From: Lama glama
Taxonomy: Eukaryota
DNA length: 63,659 nucleotides
NCBI GenBank assembly: GCA_028534125.1
Contig: CM052817.1
Location: 60,638,001 to 60,701,659 of the forward strand
Direction: 5' to 3'
Part shown: positions 13,731 to 26,420 of the stretch, in pieces
Position numbering within the stretch: the stretch's first letter is position 1
Layout of the letters: every line of letters starts with the position of its first letter
The notes under the pieces: generated by a model
Told to the model about the DNA's origin: nothing
The model's database searches: none
The model's input: the letters and a program-made list of their open reading frames with translations, nothing else
Position numbers and translations under genes: made by a program

Positions 13731-14318
13731 TATCCCCTTACCTGAGGGGAACAGTGTTCTAGTGTAAGCTTGGTCTTACAAGCATTGAAATTATACTCAG
13801 AAACTGTTCAGTGCAGGTTTTTAAAATTTACATACTCAAATAAGGTTCAGATGGAGTTTGGATGGATATGAGTGGAAGATATGTAAGACTACATAGAGAG
13901 GATTTAGGGAGTGCATCTCTAAACTTCTCCAAAAATCTCACCTTTTTTTCTCAAAAACCTGTCTTCTTTCCCTTTTTTAAAAAAAAAAAAAAACTTAAAA
14001 CTCCTTAGAAAGGCATGCATTATTTTCTGCAGTCTGTGTCTCGTTTCCCCACATTTTATCGCACTCCATATAGATCGCATTCAGCTTCAATCTGCTTTGG
14101 CTGTCCTCACTCACTTCATCTTCCTGTATTTTCCCAGCTAAAACTCATGCTTTGTCCCATAAGGCTTTCAAACCATTCCCATCTCTTGGTAATTCCATCT
14201 TCTGAGTACACCTATTTCACTTCCATTTTCACTTCTTTTCAAATGACCCTTTAGGAATAAGGCTCAGGAATATATATATTATATATTTAATTCACATACT
14301 AATATCAGAATGAATATA

Positions 14319-14322
<4 letters not shown>

Positions 14323-14393
<71 letters not shown>
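14323..14393. repeat. Compound microsatellite (TG)17(TA)5(GA)10 plus a short imperfect tail
   Basis: Read directly from the sequence. Confidence 0.97.
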
Positions 14394-14479
14394 GCCTTTT
14401 TTTCTTTTCTTTTCATAGTCCCTCTTTTGGAAATCAGAGGGCTGAAGTTGTGTTTATTTTGCATGCCAAGCAGAATGCC

Positions 14480-15340
14480 CTATATTCATCCTTTCATCCC
14501 CGCATGTTTTTGAATGCATGATCTGTTCTGGGCACTGTGCCTAGCATCACAGATACAAAGGAATGGAAGACATTGTTCCTGCCTTCAAAAATCTCATAGT
14601 ACACACAGAAGACAAATGTGTAAATAAATAACAAAAACACAGTGCGATAAATGCCATAGGGTAATGCGTACAGGGTGCCATGGCAACCTGGGGCAGAGTG
14701 GCAGCCTCTGCCTTGGGAGTTGAAAAGATTTCACATAAGAGGAGAAATGTGAGCTAGGTCTTCAAGATGAGTAGGAGTGAGAGAGGCAACAATAGGGACA
14801 ATTATAAAAGCGTGCTTGCAAAGCTAAAGAGTTTGAACTTTATCATTTAGCCAGTGAAAACTATAAAAGATTTTTCTGTAACAGGAAAGTGGGATTTCAT
14901 TTATGTTTAAGAAAGATAACTGAGGTAAGGCCAAGGATGCACTGGATTGAAGGGGGAAGACAAATGTTTTTTACAACCATCTAGAGAGGAATTAAAACTA
15001 AAACAATAGCAATAGGTGATTAGCAACAACAACAAAAAAAGATTTTGAGAAATCAATCCACATTCCAAGAAAAAAATGACTAGAACTTGGGAAGCTGGAG
15101 AAGAAGAGAAAGGAGGTGTTGTGACTTGGTGAGAAATGTAGCAGAGGAGAATGAGCAGATGGACACTCAGTGACAGAAACAGGGAATTGAGAAGGAGAAC
15201 AGATTGGAAAAGGGCAGCAGAGATTCAGAGCTTGGCTGTAGACATTTTGATTTTAAGATGGCTGAAGAACACCCTAACGAAAGTGTCCAGGAATGGTTAG
15301 TAATGTGCATTTGGAACCCATGTGAGTGATGTCTAGGGCT
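14480..15340 (-). mobile_element. L2 LINE 3' part
   Basis: gggcactgtgcctagcatcacagatacaaagg...cctgccttcaaaaatctcatagt...gctaaagagtttgaactttatc. Confidence 0.7.
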
Positions 15341-16489
15341 AAAAAAAAAGTTTAGGAAGTATATGTATTCCTCTCACCTCCATTATAAAAACTAAATTTG
15401 GAGTGTTGGAGTAACATGAAGATTGTGCACCAAATGATTATTGAGGGCCTGAAATTATTGTACTTGAGCACTGATGTTACTTTTGCTGCTAAGAGAGACA
15501 AAAAACCTAGAGGGAAGAGATTGCTCACTTGGTAGGAGAGTTCAGAGGACCTGAGAACATGGTGTGCTGCCTCCTCTCCCATCCGCACTGGAGAGAGGAA
15601 TACTGGGGCAGCTGGGAAGACATCAGACGTAGAGACAGGCCCTAGAGTTGGGCCTATCTGTGCCACCAAAACAAGTGGCAGGAGGCACAACAATTAACAC
15701 CATTCCAATCTCCGTTTTTTTAAGAAATCGGCTTTGGGCTAATTCCTTTGATCTGGGGAAGGCAGAGGTGGTTAGCTAGGACTAGGCCAGAAGCTGCCTC
15801 TTGAGCAAGCTACTCACTGGATCAGGAGAAGGCAGTGGGTAAGGACCCATGCTTGTGAATGGAGAGGGTCCTCAGTTGGGTGCCCAAAGATCATCAGATA
15901 AGCCCCACCATTACACACACAAATATACTTACATAGTTCCACCCTATTTTTCCATTACTGCAAACCAGACTTGAGAATATCTGTATCCACCAATGAAACT
16001 CCACTCACCAAAGAACTCCTCCCCACATACACAACTGCCCAGTGACAAATGCGTACAAGCCTTGTGAAATGAAAAGGTAGCTTTGTGAAGGGAGTCACAA
16101 TAAGATGTGTAAAGAGAAAAGAAGCCCTTATAGAGACTTTACATTGGACAATGACTAACATTTTAATTATTAAATTAGACAAAACAGGTGTTAATGGACT
16201 GGTTGACTATCTCAGAGTATGCCAGCTATAGTCAGGCAAGAAGTTCAAAAAGTACATGTGGTAATAAGATTGCATGTTTGTATGTCTGAATAGTGAGTGT
16301 TCAAAAATAATCCACTGGTTATACAAGCAGGAACTGGAGCACAGATGTGGGAAATCACACAAGCTGTGTGTATGTAAGTAGAAGAGAAAAAATGGCCCCA
16401 AATATTTGTTGTTGATAAGGGAGGATTTTTAACACTGATTAAGGAGAAGGATAAAAAGAGATCTGTGAAAAGAAATAAATTATGTAGAT

Positions 16490-17100
16490 GCACATGACTT
16501 AGTGAATGGTTGTAGAAGCAATTTTCTAAATTTGCAGGTGATAACTTAATTGGCAGACACTGCAAACAGTCAGGAACATTTCAATCAGATAAAGGACTTG
16601 AATCATTAAGTACTTGGTCTGATAGGTGGCAAGCATGGATAAGTAGTGAATAATAAGTCTTGAATCAAAGCTAAAGAACAGAGAGTGAGTATTTGCCAAA
16701 GGGAATGACGCTATCCAGGAATGGCTCTCAGGTTTAAAGAGAACTTATGGGCAAGGACAAACGAAAATTCAGTAAAATATGTGTGGAATTAAAAAGATTT
16801 GGTGAGTTATAGGATATAAATTAACAGGCTACTGCATCAGTCAAAGCCAAGGTGATATAAAGACTGGTGCTATGATGAGAAAATCTCATAACTTGAGGAT
16901 ATATAAATCCTGAATTCCACTGTTGGCTATTGAAATGCCATCTATTACCTAGATTTTCATCTGTCTTTGGTCATGGTGTAGGGATAAAATTAATGAGTAA
17001 GATAACTTCCACAGGCATAAAAGAGAGTGCAGATTTGGGTGAGGCCCTTCTAAGTAACTTTTAAAGATCATTTCAACTCTGAAATTCTATATGATTTTAT
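16490..17100 (+). mobile_element. CR1/L3 LINE relic (RT fragment and probable 3' end)
   Basis: aaatttgcaggtgat (KFAGD, cf. CR1 KFADD) at 16528, tggtctgataggtggcaa (WSDRWQ), aaagatttggtgagttata (cf. EKDLGV), and a 3'-end-like tttcaactctgaaattctatatgatt at about 17070-17096. Confidence 0.55.
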
Positions 17101-18433
17101 GGACATACTCTTAGGGACTTGTGTTTAGATTGATTGGTCATTTTTATTTAGGATGCCCATTCCATGAAATAATAGCCTGTGTTAGCCTGGAAATTATGGA
17201 CTTGGAGAAATATACCACAAAAGAAAGAGGATAATAATTTATGATGGTCTAGAAAGTAGTTGATGCAATGGAGAATGCACTCCTTCTTTCCCTGTGTTTT
17301 TTGTTTGTTTTGTTTTGTTTTGTTTGCAATGTTGATAACTTTAACTCCTAAATAAAAATTTAACTTTAATATTAAAGAGAAATAGAAAATATCCTTTATA
17401 CAACATCAAAACCATATTTGGGATCGTTTAACAGCCACTCACGTGAATGTACCAACTCCATTTGAGGAGTTTGTTTTAAATTCTCATACTAATAACAGAA
17501 TAAATATTTGTAAGTAGAGCCACATCTTGAAAGATACTTCTGGGTTTACCCTTGACTGCCATTTGGATACTTCAGGTTGTAAATGTTTTAAGCCTTAATG
17601 ATTCTGAGTTTCGTTCTGTAATTTGGTGATTTTATAGTGACAGACTTGAAAATAGGTAAAGGTTTCCTTGATTAAAAAATAAGCAAACACCCGAGTACCT
17701 AACAAGTCTCAGCTGTGTCGAGGGAGGAGGTGACCACAGGCTCCCGGTAGGTGTGTGAGGACATCTAACGTGTCCCTCACTCATTCTGTATTTCACCAAA
17801 CACCACACAGAATTACTCGGTGAACAGCTTAATACAGGTTCACTTCTCATAAAGACAAACTTTGTGGGAGCTAGTTCTTTCTCATTTACAGAGAACTTAC
17901 ATTTCCCCCCTGCAGAGATCTAAAAACATCTTTAATAGCAGGCTGAAATGAATTCTACAATGATTGAAAAGTTTACTGTTATGAAATTAAAATTCACTTA
18001 ATTTTAGTCATTATCCTTGGTTTGCATTTTGTTGAAATGTGCATTTACAGTTTGGGCATTTCAGGCAGAGATTGCTTCTATATTCTCTGCTCACAAGCAG
18101 CCTTCAGATGACTTCTCAGAAAGTTTTAAAAAAGTCTCTCTACGTGACTCTTTCTGACGGTCCTTTTCTTTGAAGATGGTAGCTTTCCTCTTGGAAATTG
18201 TAGAAATGGTATTATTTTTAAATCCCTTTTAATGCTGCAGGATAATGCCTGAACAACTGCAGTTTATAAATAACTTGAGACTTGCTTCCCACTCAGCATT
18301 CAATAAGCATTTATTGGGGCCTAATGTGTGGCTGGCATTGTGGGGGATACAAAAAATATAGAACAGAGTTCCTGTTCTCTGAGAGCTAAGTAGCTAGATG
18401 AGAAGTAGGAAGGGAAGAGAGAGATCCAACAGC

Positions 18434-18489
18434 CAACACTTTCTTTACTATCCACACGTCAACACTTTCTTTACTTTCCACACATCAAC
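18434..18489. repeat. 26-bp tandem duplication (2 copies, 2 mismatches)
   Basis: caacactttctttactatccacacgt / caacactttctttactttccacacat / caac. Confidence 0.9.
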
Positions 18490-19105
18490 TTCCACAAGCC
18501 ATTCTCAAGGATTGAATTACCATCTGTAAGTAGACAGATTTCAGATTTGTTTCTTTAGCCCAGACCTCGCACCTGAACTGCAGGCTTATAGTTCTTACTA
18601 CTATTTGGCATTTCCTCTTAGATGTCTAATGGGTACCTCAAACATAACATGTTCAAAACTGAATTCCCGGTTTTACCCCCACCCCCACCTGCTCTGCCCA
18701 CAGCCTTGCCTATCATAGTGTGTGGCGACTCCAGTCTCCACATGATGCAGTCTGAAACCTTTGCGTTATCCCTGACTCCTCTTTTCTCTGTTATACCTCA
18801 TACAGTATGCACTGGCAGTCTTCTCCGGCTATAAACCTGAATTGTGTCGTAAATAGGATCACTTCTTACCGCTCCACCACTACCCTCTGGTGCAAGCCAC
18901 CATTTTACCTCCTTCCTTACCCTCTTAACTGGCCACCATACCACAGCTTTTTCTTTTTGTAGTCTATCTTCAACATAGCAGTCAAAATGATTATTTTTAA
19001 ATGCCAGTCAGATCATACTACACTGTCCCTAAAACCCTCCAATGGTTTTCCACCTTATTCAGTGTGAGAATTATTCAGTTCTTATAATTGCCAATAATGC
19101 CTCTG
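18490..19105 (+). mobile_element. L2 LINE fragment
   Basis: tttagcccagacctc...tagatgtctaatgggtacctcaaacataacatgttcaaaactgaattc...aaaaccctccaatggtttt. Confidence 0.8.
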
Positions 19106-19893
19106 TGCTCATACGCATATGCATGCACCATCATTGTGTCTGTTCATCTCTCTCCCAAGTAATACCTGGGTCTGAGTATTGCTTAGGGGCCAATCTGGAG
19201 TCAGAAAAATAAGAGTGGAAATATAAAAGCTCATCTGTGCCAAAAGGTAAAGAAATGGAGTGGTGAATAATTTCTGGGTAAGTAGTTAGGAGAAAGAGTT
19301 TATACAGAAACCATAATAGCAAAAAGCTTATCAGATGTAGCAAGCACAGAATGGTGGGCATGGCCAACTTCACAGTTTTTTCACTTATTACCTTGGGCAA
19401 GCTGTTTACTTTCTCTGAACCTTGGATCTGTCCTCAGAACAAGGAGGGCAGCGCCACCCTTGTACAGGGTTGTACAGCGTATGTGGAGGTTCACACCACC
19501 TACGTGAGCTGAGAACATTAAAATCCAGACTACTGAAGTCAGGCAGCCAGGCTGATAGCTTGATATGGAAAAAGCCTGTAAAGTCAGAGACTTCTTCATA
19601 ATGACAGAGACTTCTTTAGGTAGTATACAGCCTTGAAATCTATTCCTTTCCTTCCAAAATTTAGGGTGGTATAAAAACACCTATTTCTCTTCCCACATAG
19701 CAAAGAGCAAGTAAGTCAACAGATTTGTTTTGGAAATCTACTGTGGGCATAGCAGTGTGAAAAATATTTAGGGGGATAGAAAACTATGACAATAAAGCTC
19801 CTGCCTCAAGAAGTTTATAACTGAGAAGATAAAATTGGTATTTATGGGATAAGTGCTATATGAGAGATACAGAAGAACAGAGAAAAAGGATAG

Positions 19894-19896
<3 letters not shown>

Positions 19897-19946
<50 letters not shown>
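19897..19946. repeat. Compound microsatellite (TG)15 TA (GA)9
   Basis: Read directly from the sequence. Confidence 0.97.
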
Positions 19947-20609
19947 AACAGAGACTAGTGAAAACTAAACTATTTCTAGAAGGACTTTAACATTATACCC
20001 TTATGTGAGTGTCCATGGCAGTGTGGGGGAGGAGTGCTTGTGAAGAGAGAGCTCAAAGGAATGTGTGTGGTTTCTGGCAAGAGGCTTAGAAATAAGGCTA
20101 ATAATGACAACATAAAAACTATAAACTAATAATACTGTTTTATCACTATGGTGGTGTCAGAGACAAAACATCTATTGAAATAATGAAAAATATTACTTTC
20201 TAGAAATAGTGTGGTAAGCTCCAAGAAGCAATTTTCAATTGAATACAAATTGCGAGATGAAATTCTATGGCTCATAATAGGCAAGAAAAAGGAAACATCC
20301 TAAAAATTCTTCAAGGGAAAATGATTAACTTTATCAAAGTACCATCATAATCATAAGTGCTTGTTGAGTACCTACCATCTGCTATTTTTGTGCTGAAAAT
20401 TCAAAGGTGACAAAATAGTTGCTCTAAATTCTGTGCAGGCTTTTGAAAGATTGAATAGCTCTGTGTGTGTATGTGTATATTACTCAAATATATTATATTA
20501 TATTATGAAGTTTGATCAAATTTTGGGAAAAATATGTAGGCATGAGCATATGTAGAAATAGAAAAGAGACTAAAGGGAAAGGCATCAATCTTGAAACAAT
20601 GGTTCTCCA

Positions 20610-21060
20610 TGAGGAAATGTGGAAAAGACTGCTCATTGATCTGATCCCTCCCCTCTTAGTAACATAGCTCCTGAATTTGTAGCCAAATACAGACCATCTG
20701 CAGTATACATTTCTAAGCTTTTCTCCTGATCTTGTGCAGTTGTGACTGAGTTCTAACCAATGAGAATTAAACAGATGTGTCATGTGAAGCTTCTGGAAAA
20801 TGTTCTTAAGGAGAGGATTCTTATTCTTATTCTGATCCTCCTCATTCCTCCTCACTGGAAGGTTAGTAGGAGGACTGTCGTTCAAACAGCCATCTTAAAC
20901 CATGAGTTGGAAGCCCTGTACTGAGGAGAGTGGAATGACAAGAGAATAGGAGTCCGTTTCCTAATCCTGGGAGCCTTATCAGCCTGGGACTGTCAGCTGT
21001 GGAACTTCTATGCTAATATTGAAGACAGTGGTATTTTGAGCATTTCTTTCACTTGTAGAA
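20610..21060. mobile_element. MLT1-type (MaLR) solo LTR
   Basis: gtgactgagttctaaccaatgagaattaaacagatgtgtcatgtgaagcttctggaaa...cagccatcttaaaccatgag. Confidence 0.7.
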
Positions 21061-21527
21061 AGAGAATGGGCTGGTTTGATATCATTTGACCTTCTGAAAA
21101 CTAAAATGTATTTATATATTGCTTTTACAGTTCAATGTCTAAATTTATTTTTCATCTTAAGTTTGCTTTTCTGTGCTTTATAGTTGACAAACTTATTAGC
21201 CAGAGCTGCAGTGTATACCTTTTCCTGTTTTATTCTGTTTTGTTTTTGCATTGACCTGTCTTCCAGGTTGAGTTCAGTGGACTCTTATGGTTTAACTTAC
21301 CTGAAAAATTAATACATTTCACTGGAAATCCAATTTAGTAAATTTCTTTTCTTACATTTTTAACAGCTAAAACTTGGAAAATGTTTAACTTACAAATAAG
21401 TACTTGACAACAATATTCACTGACTTCTTAGGTTTGAACCCTGCCAAATATTCCTCTTCTTATGTCTCTACTGAGCTTGAAAGGCATTTTTACAAATTAT
21501 TCCATTATAGAAGTTTTAGGAATTTTT

Positions 21528-24500
21528 GAGACTTCTATTCCCTTAAGATGTCAAAGCAAGCATAAGCATCTACCTTCTCCTTTTCAGATCTCAAATGATA
21601 GGACCAAATAAATATAATAATAGAAGAAAATTTAATGTGTTACCCTAAATTAATGAAGGCTATGTCTGTGAAATGAGAAGTTGTCAGCTTTCAGGAAAGC
21701 ATACTCCCAAGAAATTGTAGCTTTATCAGGTTACCCTAGAAAATTTTCATTTATTGCCATATTTGATTTAAATATCAGATTCAAATAGAGATAACACCAG
21801 AGTTCCAGCCAAAGTCTATAGACAAGAAGAAAGGGGAGGGAACGTATAAGTGACTTCATAAGAAAGAAGGCAGCAGAGAATGTGCGTGAAGCTGAGCCAA
21901 ATAACCCCAGAAAGAGAGAAAGTTTAATACCAAGTGTTAATGCACGAACACAAATCTGGAACTTGTCAATACATTTTATGTCACTACATTTTAAAAGTTG
22001 ATCAGTATTCTCCTCACATAGAAAACCACGAAGCAGGATAAACTTGTAACATAACACTTCAAACTGAATTAAACATTTCAAACAAGCATTTGAAATGTCT
22101 TAAAAAGAAAAATCTAACAGAATCAGAAATTCAAAAGCTAATCATTGAAATGGCCAAAGGACGAAGGAATGCAACCACCTCAGGATATATATTGAAAAGC
22201 AGAATAAAAGACAAAAATTATTAAGATATAACTTACAAGTTGCTCAAAGGAGATTAGATTAAGTTACATTGAAGAAAGATAAGGAAAAATAATTAAAATG
22301 AAATAAAGAATTAAAAAGATTCAGAGTGAACGAATCAAAATAGAAGGTAGGCCAAAAAAGCAAATATATATATTTGAAGTCTCTGAAGAAGAAAAGCAAC
22401 ACAATGATACAATTAATATTTAAATTCATAATCTAAGAAAACTTTCTATAAAATAAAACAAAGATACTTAGTGTTTCAAACATTCAATTTATAACATACA
22501 CCATCTTTTTAGGAAAGCACAGCTATCACTAGCCTAATGTCTAGAGTTTTTCTTATGTTTTTGATACTTATATGAAATGTTTAGCTGTACCCAAATAACC
22601 TGTTATAGTGTTCCTAGAAAAGCTGATCCAGGACAATAAACTCTGAGCTACATTTTAGAACAATTAATAGACTTAAAAGACAAAGACCAAAAAAAATCCT
22701 CAAGGCAAAAAGATCAGAGTACTTTTAATAGTAAAATATTAAATCACTACAGACTTCTCAAGAGTAACACGCAGAGCAAGCCAGCACTAAAGAAGCACTA
22801 TCAAGAATTTTGTTCAAAATATGCAAGCCAAAGATTTTATATCCAACCAAAATCTCCTTCTCAGCCATGGAGAAAATAGTTTTAAACTAACAAGCACTAA
22901 AAGTGGACACTTGAGCCCCTCCTGGTGAAACCACTAGAGTATGAGCTTCATTCAGCCAAGAGAAAACAGGAGGAACTTGGCAAAATGACTAATAGTGATC
23001 ATTTAATATATTTAATTGTCGAACTGATACTAAAACAAGGTTAAAAACACGGGTTAAGTAATAATATGAAATCACCATACGTTGTAAAAATGAAAGGATG
23101 GTTTTATTAAACAATGGGAGGAAAAGAGGAGAAGAAAGGGGAAAATAGGACATCATTATTAACTGTAGTGTAGAGAGTAAGTGGAAGTCACCTATTTCAT
23201 TTAAAACTAAAAAAGTAAAGAAGAAAAAAAGGTGAAGAGTAAGGGTACTATAAAAGGTATAAATGTAAAGTTAACCACTATAACAAAAGTACAAACTTTT
23301 CTAGAAAGAAAACAGTAGGAAAAACATACCACAAAAACACAGTAAAATAACAAAATTCAAACAATAATAAATAATATAAATATAAAATATATCTTTTAAA
23401 ATATATTAAATACAACATCCTGATAATATACTATCTTCTCAAGCACACATGAACATTAACAAAAGTCGTAGATTAGGTCCCATAGAAAACACCATTTAGT
23501 TCCACTGAGGAGGTATGTGTCAAATCAATTTCTCTGATCAAATACAATAAAACTAGAAAAAAACAAAAAATCAAAAAATCTTTCCATCAGAAATTAAGAA
23601 AGCCTCTATTAAACAATTCTTTGGAGAAAGGAGAAATGCAGATGTAAATTACAGAATTTTTTAAGTAGTTGTAATGAAAACACTACATACCTGAACCTGC
23701 AGGGGATATATAAAGAAGTGATTCATGGTCTTAAAAATCCATATCAATAAAAAAGAAAGAAAGGAAATAAATATGTTGAATTACATCTTCAAAAGCTAGA
23801 AAAAGTACAACAAATTTTAACAGGAAGGAAGATAAAAATAAAAGGAGAAAGTAATAAGGTAAATGATTTTTAAAAGTAGATAAAATTAATAAATTAAATT
23901 CTGGTGTTTAGGAAATAGCAACAAAAGAGACAAATCATTAGCTACTCCAATCAAATAAGAAGTAGAGAACTTAGACCAATTTCCACAAAAAAAGTTATCA
24001 AAGAACTATACAAAAAAGGACCAGGCCTAGAGTGTTTCACAGGTGAACTCAACCAGTCCTTTAGAGAACAGATTGTTCCAATGCTGTTATAGAGGTAAGG
24101 AGACTAAGAGACACAACTAACCGCAAGACATGATCCTGCACTAACTTGTTAGGACGGACAGTATTGGGACCAATGACAATGTTGTAACATGGAGTGCAGA
24201 TTAAAGTATGGTATCGATGTTAAATTTCTTGAATTTGATAACAGTATCGTGGTTCTGTTACAGAACATCGTTGTTTTTTTTTTAAATAACATATTTTGAA
24301 AGAAAACTAGACCTGAATAAATAGACTAGAATAAATGAAAAAGTATAGTATTCTTAGATCCAAAGACTTTGTTAAAATATTATTTCTGACTAAAGTAAAT
24401 AATGTTATTTTTGAGTCCATTTAGAATCCTAGACTTTATGAATTTATGAGAATGATTTCAAATACATTTGGAGATACATTTAAATGATTTTAGCTCAAAA

Positions 24501-24750
24501 AATCTGAAGGTTGAGAAAAAGGGAAAGCAAGAAATTAATTGTACATATTGACATAAAAATAAAATAATGAAAATTGTATGTAATTAGACCAATAGAAAAG
24601 CATAGAAATTCCAGAATGTGTGTGTCTGTGGGTGTTTGTGTAACTGTATGAATTAGGCATATGCAGGAATCATTTCAAATCAGGGGAGGAATTATGGATT
24701 CCCCTAGAACAATACTGTGGTAGTGGGCTAATTATTTGGAGAGGAAAAGT
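21528..24750 (+). mobile_element. Ancient L1 (5'UTR-ORF1-ORF2 fragments), sense to GRID2, with internal deletions and insertions
   Basis: A-rich. ORF1-like gccaaagattttatatccaaccaaaatctccttc (cf. PRILYPAKLSF); ORF2-like tcttctcaagcacacatgaacatt and ccaggcctagagtgtttcacaggtgaactc. Confidence 0.7.
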
Positions 24751-24769
24751 AATTATGTTCATATTACGT

Positions 24770-25110
24770 TGACTCTCGAGACAGCCTGACTGGATTGGAA
24801 TCCGGGATCTTAGCTGTATGACCTAGGCAAGTTACTTAATCTGTGTCTCAATTTTCTTATCTATAAAATAAAAATAATGGTGGTATTTACTTCACAGAAT
24901 CTTTGCGAAGATTAATTGAATTAAACATGGAAACCTTTAATGAAAAAGATTATGAAAATGAATATATATATGTATATGAATGACTGGGACATTGTGCTGT
25001 ACACCAGATTGTACACCAAATTGACACATTGTAATTGACTGTACTTCAATTAAAAAAAAGTATTTAGCTCATAGTAAACATTATATAAATGTTAAATTGT
25101 AGTGGCAGTA
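24770..25110 (+). mobile_element. MIR SINE split by a short young L1 3' end
   Basis: tagctgtatgacctaggcaagttacttaatctgtgtctcaattttcttatctataaaat; resumes gtatttagctcatagtaaac after 25059. Confidence 0.8.
24932..25059 (+). mobile_element. Extremely 5'-truncated young (camelid-like) L1 3' end with A tail
   Basis: aatgaaaaagattatgaaaatgaatatat...gactgggacattgtgctgtacacc...ttgacacattgtaattgactgtacttcaattaaaaaaaa. Confidence 0.85.
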
Positions 25111-25202
25111 GTAGTAACAATATCCTTAGTACTTGTCTTAATTGGATTGTTAATTCCCTTATCATGTGCTAAGCTATAATCAAACTAATGCTGTTCTTCA
25201 TA

Positions 25203-25626
25203 TTAGCCATTAAAAAAAGAATGAAATTCTGCCATTTGCAACAGTGTGGATGGGCTTAGAGAATATTATGCTAAGTGAAGTAAGTCAGACTGGGAAAGGC
25301 AAATACTGTATGGTATTTATATGTGGAATCTAAAAAATACAACACATAGATAGAGCAAAACAGAAACAGACTCAGATAACAGAAGATAAACTAGTGGTGA
25401 CCAGTGAAGAGAGGGAAGCAGGGAAAGGCACCATAAGGGTATGAGATTAAGAGACACCAAGTACTATGTATAAAATAGATAAGCAACAATGATATATTGT
25501 ACAGCACAGGGAATTATCGCTATTATTTTGTAATAACTTTTAATGGAGTATAATCTATAAAAATAATTACTATGCTGTACGTCTGGAAGTAATACAATAT
25601 TATAAATTAACTATACTTCAAAAAAT
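25203..25626 (+). mobile_element. L1 3' end (cetartiodactyl/laurasiatherian type)
   Basis: gccattaaaaaaagaatgaaattctgccatttgcaacag...gatatattgtacagcacagggaatt...aactatacttcaaaaaa. Confidence 0.88.
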
Positions 25627-26348
25627 TAATACCATTCTTTCAGTGAGTTCACAAATACCCTGAATAGACATGGAAAAGTAAATATATAAAAATATTAAGG
25701 GAGCTACAATAGTGATCATCATATTGGGATTTGGATGTTTTCTTTATGATTTTTTCATTCTTTAAAATTTTTCTAGGATTTAAAGTATGATCTTAATTTC
25801 AGAAAAAAAGTTAACTTAAACAGCAATATCATTGGTTCATTTCCAGTGGTATGTTTGAAAAGTAATGGATATTGTGCTATGTGTTTATGATTGGAACTGA
25901 CACATTACTCTGTAATAGTGACATATTAAAACGTATCTATGTTTGTTTCAGAGAAATACATAAAATCTTGACAATGACAAAATAATTGTGATTGATTTGA
26001 CAGTTTGATTTTTTTGTGGTTTCTTATGTTTATGTAGTACTTATGTTTTAGTTTCACTAATGAACAGTAATAACTTACATATTATATTTACTTAGAAAGG
26101 TCTGTTGAATAATGAAAGTCTTTACACTTAAAAATCTTTAGTATAAAAGTGTTTACGTTCTCATATGAATGATCATAAGGTCTCAGTAAATAATTTTTAG
26201 AATTAAAATTTCAGAGTTAGAGAAGCTCTTATATTACCAATTTCAATCCATTCATTGAACAGATGAATAATCTAAAATGATGAATTTGACCGCTCGCCCA
26301 AAGTCAGGTCGTGTATCATTAATTGAAGATGTCAGAATTGAATACATT

Positions 26349-26420
26349 CTTCCTTTCCTCTTCCCTCCCTTCCATCCTTCCTTCCTTCTCCCTCCCCCAT
26401 CCTTCTTTTCTTTCTCCTTT
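26349..26420. repeat. Pyrimidine-rich low-complexity tract (CCTT-like)
   Basis: About 70 nt of almost pure C/T. Confidence 0.85.

Noticed and set aside
13717..13741. ttatccccttac repeated with a 13-bp period
   Set aside because: Trivial slippage duplication at a MIR end.
14279..14521. ORFs with CVCV/ERER/HTHT repeats
   Set aside because: Translations of the microsatellite.
19446..19466. CTCF-like gcagcgccaccct
   Set aside because: Poor match to the 5' half of the motif, and it lies within a MIR-like segment.
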